Assembly: GCF_000762875.2 (NCBI RefSeq)
Contig: NZ_JRMP02000005.1
Location: 164,626 to 188,625 of the forward strand
Direction: 5' to 3'
Length of the DNA stretch: 24,000 nt
Origin: Helicobacter saguini
GTDB lineage: Bacteria > Campylobacterota > Campylobacteria > Campylobacterales > Helicobacteraceae
Under the pieces are notes generated by a model, which saw nothing but the letters and a program-made list of their open reading frames with translations, was not told the origin of the DNA and did not search any database. Numbering within the stretch: position 1 is the first letter of the stretch; the number at the start of each line of letters is the position of its first letter. The position numbers and the translations under genes were made by a program. Of the stretch, positions 16,739-24,000 are shown piece by piece.

Positions 16739-17290
16739 TTAAAAGGCGATGTTAAGTGGGATGTTAATATTGCCATGATAGTTCTTAAATATCGCACTGC
16801 AAAGGTTTGAAGTCACCGCACGATTGAAATTTATCTGCAAAAAATTCACCCCATCAAAGCGAATACTAAGGCAGTCATTTGCGCTATCTAGCACGCCATT
16901 ATTTGCAATTTTCAGGCTATCGCCACTTGCAATCCAGCGTTGTGGCGAAAGATTTAGATGCGAAATTAGCCACTGCGGACTTGCGTTTTGGACGGCAAAA
17001 GCGTTTGTGATGGCGTATTCTTGCGTGCTTGAAATGATGGTTTGAATGTCATTTTGGATGGCGACTGCAAGGGCATTTGTGCGAGAAAAGCTAATGCGTG
17101 GCAGGGCAAGACTAGCCAAGATTCCCAAAATCACAAGGACAAATAAAAGCTCCATCATACTAAAAGCATTTGAATACTTATGATTTATAGAATCTTTTGT
17201 AGTTTTTTTTAGGATTTTAGTAATATTAGATTCTATAATATTATAAATTTTGGATATTTTGCGATATAAAATTTGTTTAATTTTTTGCAT
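16739..17290 (-). CDS. prepilin-type N-terminal cleavage/methylation domain protein (Type II secretion/pseudopilin-like)
   Basis: AFSMMELLFVLVILGILASLALPRISFSRTNALAVAIQNDIQTI is a classic class III signal/hydrophobic spine, with Ala instead of Gly at -1. Confidence 0.85.
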   Translation of the reverse strand: MQKIKQILYRKISKIYNIIESNITKILKKTTKDSINHKYSNAFSMMELLFVLVILGILASLALPRISFSRTNALAVAIQNDIQTIISSTQEYAITNAFAVQNASPQWLISHLNLSPQRWIASGDSLKIANNGVLDSANDCLSIRFDGVNFLQINFNRAVTSNLCSAIFKNYHGNINIPLNIAF

Positions 17291-17404
17291 TTTTAGCCTT
17301 GTTTTAACAGAAAATAACTAAGATTCTATCATATTTGGTAATATTTCATTAAAGATTTCATTAAAAATATTATAAATTTATATTTGAAAGTAACCATTTA
17401 TACC

Positions 17405-18097
17405 CTACTTAGAATCTAATCTCACATTTAGTTTGTAGTTATCATCTCCAACGCGCACATGCAAGATAAAATCGCCCTCTTTCAAAAGCGAATATGGGAA
17501 CAAAACAAAGCCGCTTTTTGGCTCATTTTTTTTCAAGGAATTTTGCCGCAAATAATGCGCCATCAAAATGCGTCTGCCACGCCGCTCACGCTCTTGGATA
17601 GCATACATATTCGCCCTTGAAAATGAATAATCATAAAATCCATAGCCATAACCAAAGCCATAGTAAAATGGGTAGTAGAATGGATAATACGCCGCTGGGC
17701 TAAAAAATGTGTTTTCCACGCGCACATTTGGGCTAGGCACTTCGATTCCAAAGTCGCCCAAAGCTGAAGTCACGCTAATATCGCTATTTTTAAGCTGCTT
17801 AAAACTTAGCGGACGCACAGCCACGCCATTCATATCGCCGCTCACATCGTGGTCGCTAAACATCACCTCGCCATCAGTCAAATTTTCCACGATGATATAC
17901 ACCAAAAGCGGATTATTATCCATCCCGCCGATGTCATCTTGGGCGATTTCAAATTGAATCTTGCTATTTTGCGTTTTATCTTTTATAATCGCAATGCCAT
18001 TGTTGTAGCCACCGACCTTTTCAGGCTTTACAATGAGCTTAGAACACCCACTCAAAACAATCGCAAACACGATAAAAATATAGAATCTAATAAACAT
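17405..18097 (-). CDS. predicted lipoprotein with Tyr/Phe/Gly-rich central segment
   Basis: MFIRFYIFIVFAIVLSGCSKL lipobox (LSGC); AAYYPFYYPFYYGFGYGYGFYDYSF tract. Start refined to ATG 18097 with a GGGG-rich Shine-Dalgarno (AAAGGGGTGG). Confidence 0.75.
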   Translation of the reverse strand: MFIRFYIFIVFAIVLSGCSKLIVKPEKVGGYNNGIAIIKDKTQNSKIQFEIAQDDIGGMDNNPLLVYIIVENLTDGEVMFSDHDVSGDMNGVAVRPLSFKQLKNSDISVTSALGDFGIEVPSPNVRVENTFFSPAAYYPFYYPFYYGFGYGYGFYDYSFSRANMYAIQERERRGRRILMAHYLRQNSLKKNEPKSGFVLFPYSLLKEGDFILHVRVGDDNYKLNVRLDSK

Positions 18098-18441
18098 TTT
18101 CCACCCCTTTTTTGAATTAGATTCTATAATTTTAGCTGAAAAGCTATTTAACATTTGTTAGTTTAAAAATATGGTTTAAATAAAGATGTTATAAGATTAC
18201 TTAAAATCTAAGCACTAATTTTATACGCAAAATAAAGCTATATTGAAAAACTTAAAAACACATTGCAAAAAGCAGATTTTACTTGGAATCTTTTTTGCTT
18301 TTTTACCTGAAACTTTAAGTAAGCTTTAATAAAACTGCAATAAATAGGTAAAAAATTAGAAATATTACAATATAATTTCATTGTAATAACTTTTTATCTA
18401 TTCTCAAAGTTTTAAAATTTATAACTTTTATGGAGATTTTT

Positions 18442-19071
18442 ATGAATCTTAAGTTTTCTTTAAGGTGCGTTGTGTTGCCTTACGCACTCATTTTAGGATT
18501 TTTGCCCCCCCATTTGTACGCTGATGACGCGGCTACTAATAGCGCCGGAAATAGCGGTAATAGCGATGTTTCTAAGCTTGAGCTGGCTGGAAATGACTCC
18601 TTTGGCTATGACATCGGCAATAAGATTCGCGCGGCAAAATCAAGCTTTAACATCGGTATCGGCGCAAATTTGCTACACGAAAATAACAAAGTGCATTTCA
18701 ACGCAAGCGTGATAGCTGGCTATAGCTACTTTTGGCATAAGACCTTTGGACTGCGTGGCTATGGGCTTTTTGACAATCGCTACAATGGATTTTATGGTGC
18801 GGCTGGCGTGGATGTTATGTGGGATTTTCTGCAGTTTGAGCCTTTTGGGGTTGGGGTTATTGTTGGGAGTTCGCTAGGCTATTCTGGGCTTTATGGCGAT
18901 GGTGTGGGTGGCTTTTTAGCCCAAGCTCATCTTGGTTTTAGCCTTATTTTTGATAGTGGAAAGTCGCGTTTAGAGGCACTCGCGCGTCTGCCATACAACA
19001 AAGTGCATATGCTAAATGACTTTAAAAATGTCGGCGTAACTTATGTAATTATGTATTCTTATACATTCTAG
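18442..19071 (+). CDS. predicted outer-membrane beta-barrel protein (Helicobacter OMP-like)
   Basis: Signal peptide MNLKFSLRCVVLPYALILGFLPPHLYA; alternating Gly/aromatic strands (GVGVIVGSSLGYSGLYGDGVGGFLAQAHLGFSLIF) and terminal aromatic ...YVIMYSYTF. Confidence 0.75.
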   Translation: MNLKFSLRCVVLPYALILGFLPPHLYADDAATNSAGNSGNSDVSKLELAGNDSFGYDIGNKIRAAKSSFNIGIGANLLHENNKVHFNASVIAGYSYFWHKTFGLRGYGLFDNRYNGFYGAAGVDVMWDFLQFEPFGVGVIVGSSLGYSGLYGDGVGGFLAQAHLGFSLIFDSGKSRLEALARLPYNKVHMLNDFKNVGVTYVIMYSYTF

Positions 19072-19119
19072 ATTCTGTAATTTTTAGGCTTAAAAGTTAT
19101 AAATTTTAAAAGGGCAAAA

Positions 19120-19812
19120 ATGAAAACAATCGCGGCAAATTTAAAGGCAAATCACACTCCAAAAAGCATAATCACTTATTTGAATAACTTAGAATCTAAA
19201 GTTAGTAAAATCGATACTAAAAATGTAGAAATTATCATTTTTCCTAACCAAGCCTGCTTACAAGATAACACATTTCCTAACTTTAATCTAGGCGCACAAA
19301 ACGCATATCCAGCCAAAAATGGCGCATTTAGCGGTGAGATAGGCTTAGAAGTTTTGCAGAGCCTAAACATTAATCACATTATGCTAGGGCATAGCGAGAG
19401 ACGCGGTATTTTGGGCGAAAGCGATGAGTTTATTTGCCAAAAGTTTGAGTTTTTTGCGGCGGCGAATATGCGGATAATGCTATGCGTGGGCGAAGATTCT
19501 AATATCAAAAAGCAGGGCAAAATCGCGCAGTTTTTAGAATCTCAACTAGCAAAAATTGATACAAGCTATCCGCTTTTAACCATTGCTTATGAGCCGCTGT
19601 GGGCGATAGGAAGTGGCGTGACGCCGACTTTAAGCGAGATTGAAAGCGTGGTAAAAATTTTACAGAATCTAAATTGCAAAAAGATTCTATATGGCGGCAG
19701 CGTGAGTGAAAAAAATATGCGTGAAATATGTTCTGTGGCTGATGGCGTTTTGGTTGGGAGCGCGAGTTTAGATTCTAATAATTTTGCGAATATGATAAGT
19801 AAGGTGGTTTAG
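19120..19812 (+). CDS. tpiA: triosephosphate isomerase
   Basis: AANLKAN, IMLGHSERR, IAYEPLWAIGSGVTPT, KILYGGSV and DGVLVGSASLD motifs of TpiA. Confidence 0.96.
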   Translation: MKTIAANLKANHTPKSIITYLNNLESKVSKIDTKNVEIIIFPNQACLQDNTFPNFNLGAQNAYPAKNGAFSGEIGLEVLQSLNINHIMLGHSERRGILGESDEFICQKFEFFAAANMRIMLCVGEDSNIKKQGKIAQFLESQLAKIDTSYPLLTIAYEPLWAIGSGVTPTLSEIESVVKILQNLNCKKILYGGSVSEKNMREICSVADGVLVGSASLDSNNFANMISKVV

Positions 19813-19928
19813 AATACACCTTAAAGGCTTTTTATATAATCTAAATTATCTCTTATAATTAGTTAAATTCATGTTTTTTTAATAAAAGTTTTAGATTTTT
19901 TTAGAATCTAGAAGCTGATTTTATAAAT

Positions 19929-19962
19929 TTTTTAGATTCTAAGAATGTATAGAATCTAAAAA
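19929..19962. repeat. perfect 13-bp inverted repeat (TTTTTAGATTCTA / TAGAATCTAAAAA, 8-nt loop) downstream of tpiA
   Basis: TTTTTAGATTCTA-AGAATGTA-TAGAATCTAAAAA read directly; formed by two opposed AGAWTCT words. Confidence 0.7.
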
Positions 19963-20035
19963 CTAAACTTTAGTGTTTAATAAAGTTTAAATATTTTTAG
20001 AACTTTAATTTTTATAAAGATGGTATATATTCTAT

Positions 20036-20124
20036 GTCATTGCGTTGGCATTGCCTAAGTATTCCATACGTTAATAGAAAAATAGATTGCTACGAAATTT
20101 CTTGCGAAAAATCCATTAATGACG
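20036..20124. repeat. degenerate remnants of the GTCATTGCG/TAGATTGC palindromic repeat family
   Basis: GTCATTGCG (20036-20044) and TAGATTGCTACG...TTGCG...AATGACG (20083-20124) match the ends of the units at 2245-2498. Confidence 0.5.
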
Positions 20125-20334
20125 TGTTTATAGAATCTAGATTCTATGTGAATGCGAGAGCAGAATGGTTTTAAGCATTTCTGTGGCAATTTTTAAGCTT
20201 TCTTTAAGATTTTGAAAGTATAACATAAAAAAAGCTATATGTATATAAAAAATTGAAAATTTTTACATATATATATCATTTTTTCTAAAATTTATGATAT
20301 AGTTTTGTCTATGAAAAACATTAAGGCATTTTGA

Positions 20335-20454
20335 ATGATTGGTAATTGGATTTTTCTAGGCATTTCATTTGGTGCTTTGGTGTTTAGTTTTGTGTATTTG
20401 GCTGTTGCTCTTGAGAAGTCAAATAGCAAAAGTGTGAAAAATAAGAATGATTAA
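20335..20454 (+). CDS. small predicted single-TM protein (39 aa), not in supplied ORF track
   Basis: ATG 20335 to TAA 20454: MIGNWIFLGISFGALVFSFVYLAVALEKSNSKSVKNKND; ends 10 nt before the next lipoprotein ATG. Confidence 0.5.
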   Translation: MIGNWIFLGISFGALVFSFVYLAVALEKSNSKSVKNKND

Positions 20455-20464
20455 AGGGTATTGT

Positions 20465-20848
20465 ATGTTTAGGATTTCAAATGTTTCTAAGAAAATGGTG
20501 GGGGTTTGTGCTTTATTTTCTACTTTATTTATTTTTAATGCGTGTGGGGATAGTGAAAGTGATTTGAAAAATTTAGCACTTGAGAAATGTAAAGAAAAAG
20601 CCGAATCTTTATTAAACAATAAATATTTCCCTTATGAAAAAGTTACAAATACTGAAATAATATCTTTTGAAAAAAACGATAAAAGAAAAGACGAATTTTA
20701 TAAAGCTGAATGCAAAATAGGCTATGTTTTGAATAAGGATTATGGCGAGAGTAAAAAAGGGGATAATTATTTTCAAAAAAGTTCTATTTTTGTTAAAAAA
20801 TCGTTTGATAATGCCACAGGTAAAGATAAATGGGTAGCTTATTATTAA
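20465..20848 (+). CDS. small predicted lipoprotein adjacent to T4SS genes
   Basis: MFRISNVSKKMVGVCALFSTLFIFNACGDSESDLK: signal peptide with Cys following NA. Start refined to ATG 20465. Confidence 0.6.
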   Translation: MFRISNVSKKMVGVCALFSTLFIFNACGDSESDLKNLALEKCKEKAESLLNNKYFPYEKVTNTEIISFEKNDKRKDEFYKAECKIGYVLNKDYGESKKGDNYFQKSSIFVKKSFDNATGKDKWVAYY

Positions 20849-20869
20849 TGCTATAAGTCAATACAAATT

Positions 20870-21997
20870 TTATTTTTGTTTTCCTTTGCTATTATCCATG
20901 TGCGGTGTAGCAGAAGCTGTAAAAGCTCCGCTCATTAATTGCTCTCGTCTTGCGTTTTTAGCTCCTTCGTTTTGTCCAGCCATTTTTTGAGCCATACCTT
21001 CCATTCCCACCATAGCCAAACCTGCTGAAGCCATTCTCCTACCTAAGCCATTCTTTTGACCTGTATTGTGATTTATATCGCTACCTGATTTGCTAAATTG
21101 CTTCATTCCTTTCATAGCCATTCCACCAGCTCCAGCCACTGCTCCTGCGACTCCTGTTTTATGGTCTCCACTAGCACTTCCTACGATTGCTTGACACCAC
21201 GCTGGAATCTTGCTAAGTAATGCTATTCCTATTAAAGTTACTATAATTGGCGTTAAACATATAACTGCAACTTGTGTATCTGGCGTATTTTCATTTAATT
21301 GCATATTCCTTGAAGATTCTAAACCTAACATTATAGCTCCACCTACTAACCAAGCTAAAGGAGCTTGTAAAGCAGTGCTAACATATAATTTAAACCACGA
21401 CCAAAAATATCCACGCAAAGGCTGAATCACTAAGCAAGGTAACATAATAGGACAAAGTGATAAAATAAGCAATGCCGCAAATTTTATAAGTATTGTAAAT
21501 ATAACTATAAAGACAATAAACAACATCATAACCACCCACAAAAGCATCGCCATTAATGCGTAAATATATGTTGAAGCTTCATCCCAAGTCCATTTTTGTA
21601 ACATTCCACCTACTACTTCATTTAACCAAGTTATTAAAGTATCTACGCCATTTGCTAGATTCATACTACTACCACTACCTTTTATAGCACCATAAAACCA
21701 TTCTAAAGGTGTAACTAAAATATTTAATGCTTCCTTAAAAACTTCAAATGAGCTATAAATTGCACAAATTATTGCATAAGTAACAAGCCATACGCCCATT
21801 TTATAAAAGTCTTCTTTGTTCCATTCCTTGCCTATTTTTGTGTAAATAAATACGCATAAAGTTATTGTTAAAATAGCTATTGATAAGTAGCTTGTAAATA
21901 AATCTTTAGCCCATGTAAATAATGTTTCTTGCATTGTTACTGCTACATTACCTACTGCGGATTCCACGCTATGATAAAGTCCTTGATTTTGTGCCAT
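20870..21997 (-). CDS. Type IV secretion / conjugation polytopic membrane protein (VirB6/TrbL-like)
   Basis: Multiple TM helices, central LIKFAALLILSLCPIMLPCLVIQPLRGYFWSWFKLYVSTALQAPLAWLVGG, and a Gly/Met-rich hydrophilic C-terminal tail. Confidence 0.82.
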   Translation of the reverse strand: MAQNQGLYHSVESAVGNVAVTMQETLFTWAKDLFTSYLSIAILTITLCVFIYTKIGKEWNKEDFYKMGVWLVTYAIICAIYSSFEVFKEALNILVTPLEWFYGAIKGSGSSMNLANGVDTLITWLNEVVGGMLQKWTWDEASTYIYALMAMLLWVVMMLFIVFIVIFTILIKFAALLILSLCPIMLPCLVIQPLRGYFWSWFKLYVSTALQAPLAWLVGGAIMLGLESSRNMQLNENTPDTQVAVICLTPIIVTLIGIALLSKIPAWCQAIVGSASGDHKTGVAGAVAGAGGMAMKGMKQFSKSGSDINHNTGQKNGLGRRMASAGLAMVGMEGMAQKMAGQNEGAKNARREQLMSGAFTASATPHMDNSKGKQK

Positions 21998-22008
21998 TTT
22001 TTATCCTT

Positions 22009-22140
22009 TTATCCTAAGATTTTTAGAATCAATCTAATAAGAGTCCATACCCAACCGCATTTTACTATTAGCAATACGAATAATATAACTAATACTACTA
22101 ATGCTATTTCATCGCTATAAAACCATTCAACAAGAAACAT
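22009..22140 (-). CDS. small predicted membrane protein (43 aa) between VirB5-like and VirB6-like genes, not in supplied track
   Basis: MFLVEWFYSDEIALVVLVILFVLLIVKCGWVWTLIRLILKILG; spacing 11 bp to both neighbours, same strand. Confidence 0.5.
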   Translation of the reverse strand: MFLVEWFYSDEIALVVLVILFVLLIVKCGWVWTLIRLILKILG

Positions 22141-22151
22141 TTAAAATCCTT

Positions 22152-23129
22152 TTAAAAATCACAATATTTGCTTTTAGCGGTCATATAATTTGGAAAACCA
22201 AAGGCATCTCGTTCTACTTCCTTACAATTCTCCATTGCTCTATTAAACTTAGAATCTAATTTTAAATCATCGTTATTTTCTTTCTTTTCTATCTTTGTAT
22301 CATAGATTTGATTAGTTTGTTGCATAATTGTCGCCATCATATTGCTCGTATTTTGCATTAAATCATATTGTTTTATCAAAATATCAAGCATCATTTGTTG
22401 GACTTTTACTGCTATTTCTCTTTGTTCTTTTTCGGTTTTACCCGACATATTTTCTACCTCTTTTTCTAAATTTTCGCCTTGCTCTTTTAGCTTTTTCCTT
22501 TCACCCTCTTGCGAATTATCATAAGCTTTATATCCGCTACTTATCTTTGCAATCGTTGCGTATTGCGTTTGTATTTGATTGTTTTTGATTTTTTTTCTAT
22601 TGTCTTGGATTTCTTTCATTTTGTTATTAAAGCAAGTATCATCGCCATCAATCAAGCATTGCTGGGCTTCAGTTAGGCTTTTTTGCTCTAAATGCTGTTG
22701 CACTTTTTTATCACCTATTAGTTCGGCACAGGCTTGAATCTCGGCAAATTTATTTTCGACTAAGCCTTTATAATCTTTTGCTTTTTCTTTGATAAGGTTT
22801 GCAAATTGTTGATTATCCTTAAGAATGTTGCAATCATTTTGCAATTTATTCCACAAATTATCAAGGTTTGTCATTTGCTCGACTTGCTCTTTCATTTGAT
22901 TTATTTCATCCCAGCCCTGCTTTAACTGATTAACAAAAGCGTTTATTTTTGTTAAATCAATACCTGCGGCGGCTAGTTGCTTTTCAAACATCATCATTTC
23001 TTTTATTTGGTCGACGTAGCTTGTGATTTGCTGTGTTAAGCCTGTGAAGTCGAATACAGGTAAGTTTGCATGTGCTGTTTGTATGCTTAAGCTTATGCTT
23101 AAAATTGAACTTATTAGAATCTTTTTCAT
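22152..23129 (-). CDS. Type IV secretion periplasmic protein, VirB5/TrbJ-like
   Basis: Signal peptide MKKILISSILSISLSIQTAHANLPVFDFTGLTQQITSYVDQIKEM followed by long coiled-coil helices; genomic position between VirB11-like and VirB6-like genes. Confidence 0.75.
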   Translation of the reverse strand: MKKILISSILSISLSIQTAHANLPVFDFTGLTQQITSYVDQIKEMMMFEKQLAAAGIDLTKINAFVNQLKQGWDEINQMKEQVEQMTNLDNLWNKLQNDCNILKDNQQFANLIKEKAKDYKGLVENKFAEIQACAELIGDKKVQQHLEQKSLTEAQQCLIDGDDTCFNNKMKEIQDNRKKIKNNQIQTQYATIAKISSGYKAYDNSQEGERKKLKEQGENLEKEVENMSGKTEKEQREIAVKVQQMMLDILIKQYDLMQNTSNMMATIMQQTNQIYDTKIEKKENNDDLKLDSKFNRAMENCKEVERDAFGFPNYMTAKSKYCDF

Positions 23130-23139
23130 GGTTGTCTCC

Positions 23140-24000
23140 TTAAATAAAGTTAAATATTTTTGTGCTTGGACTTGTGATATTTATCACATTTAAGTCGCTA
23201 AAGTGTTTAGAATCTTGTTTAGATTCTATGTTTTTTTGGATTGCTTCTTTTGTTTGCAATGACGTGTTGTCTTGGATTGCCACGCCTTTAGCTTCGCTAG
23301 AGTCTCGCAATGACAAATTAGATTCTAAAAGCCTTAAAACACTCTCATTTATAGAATCTTTTGAGTTGCCCTGTCCTGCTTTTATATGTGCTTTTACATC
23401 TAGGATTTCTAGAATCTTACGCTGTTTTCCCACACGCTCGATTTGCACGATATAATCAATGGCACTACGAATATAATCACGCAGGGCTTCTCTATCATTC
23501 ATTCCACCAAACATCGCATTAGTAATAATCGCATTGATAGCATCTTCGCTATTATTAGCGTGTAGCGTGGATAGATTCCCACTATGCCCTGTGTTATTCA
23601 CACGCAAAAATGTCAAAGTATTGCGAATGTCAATCTCGCCTAAGAATAATCTATCAGGTCGCAAACGCATTGCATTATTTATCGCAGTAGTGTAGGTATA
23701 TACGCTATTTTCATCCTTTGGCACGGCGATTTGTGTTTTATTTGGATTTGCGACAAATAGTTCTTGTGAATCTTCAATCGTAACAACCCTATCATTTATA
23801 GGGATTTCTTGCATTAGCGAGTTTAGAAAGCTAGTCTTACCACTACCTGTGCCACCACTAACTAGGACATTTTTCTTATCTTTGATAAAGTCTTTAATGC
23901 GTTGGTGTGTCCAGCCTTGCTTAATTAGATTCTCACTCAAAACAAAAGATTCTAAATTAAAGCGACTTTTACTTGGAATACGAATACAAATACACACATC
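23140..24000 (-). CDS. virB11: VirB11-family Type IV secretion ATPase, 5' end truncated by window edge, with repeat-derived C-terminal extension
   Basis: NVLVSGGTGSGKTSFLNSLMQEIP (Walker A), RVVTIEDSQEL (Asp box), MRLRPDRLFLGEI (Walker B region), GHSGNLSTLHANN (His box). Frame open to base 24000. Confidence 0.9.
   Translation of the reverse strand, partial: DVCICIRIPSKSRFNLESFVLSENLIKQGWTHQRIKDFIKDKKNVLVSGGTGSGKTSFLNSLMQEIPINDRVVTIEDSQELFVANPNKTQIAVPKDENSVYTYTTAINNAMRLRPDRLFLGEIDIRNTLTFLRVNNTGHSGNLSTLHANNSEDAINAIITNAMFGGMNDREALRDYIRSAIDYIVQIERVGKQRKILEILDVKAHIKAGQGNSKDSINESVLRLLESNLSLRDSSEAKGVAIQDNTSLQTKEAIQKNIESKQDSKHFSDLNVINITSPSTKIFNFI
23237..23314. repeat. two direct units of the GGATTGC...GCAATGAC repeat inside the VirB11-like reading frame
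   Basis: TGGATTGCTTCTTTTGTTTGCAATGACG (23237-23264) and TGGATTGCCACGCCTTTAGCTTCGCTAGAGTCTCGCAATGAC (23273-23314), matching the ends of units at 2245-2390. Confidence 0.75.

Noticed and set aside
18267-18303. Inverted repeat AAAAAGCAGATT...AATC...TGCTTTTT upstream of the OMP gene
   Set aside because: Possible weak terminator for one of the flanking units, but the stem is interrupted by an unpaired T run and is A/T dominated; not strong enough to call.
22328-22588. Plus-strand ORFs inside the VirB5/TrbJ-like gene
   Set aside because: Antisense to a signal-peptide-bearing coiled-coil gene that fits the T4SS operon; no independent support.

Overview
This AT-rich window looks like an enterohepatic Helicobacter or related Campylobacterota genome. 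That placement is inferred from gene content and codon usage, not from any search. Left to right it contains: (i) a left-truncated Type I-like HsdM, a stand-alone GIY-YIG protein, a cluster of CGTCATTGCGAG/GCAATCCA palindromic repeats, and an HsdS-like protein; (ii) a long minus-strand block holding a hexapeptide acetyltransferase, a candidate three-gene Type IIS restriction-modification system (AlwI-like nuclease plus two D12/FokI-class adenine methylases), an AHL-lactonase-like MBL hydrolase, a secreted PQN-repeat protein, a DUF3519/barnase-EndoU-like putative nuclease, a Tat-signal carboxymuconolactone decarboxylase-like protein, and a large GT9-like protein; (iii) a chemoreceptor, a pseudopilin-like protein, a lipoprotein, an outer-membrane protein and tpiA; (iv) a Type IV secretion fragment with VirB11-, VirB5/TrbJ- and VirB6/TrbL-like genes and unannotated small membrane ORFs. 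The most striking signal is an extreme, dispersed over-representation of the near-palindrome (T)AGAWTCT(A), with core GAWTC, inside and between genes. Clusters of this word, and separately the GTCATTGCG/GGATTGC palindromic repeat, appear to have been converted into in-frame protein linkers and extensions (LDSK/IESK-rich). The clearest cases are in the Tat-CMD protein, a methylase, the acetyltransferase, the GT9-like protein and the VirB11 C-terminus.
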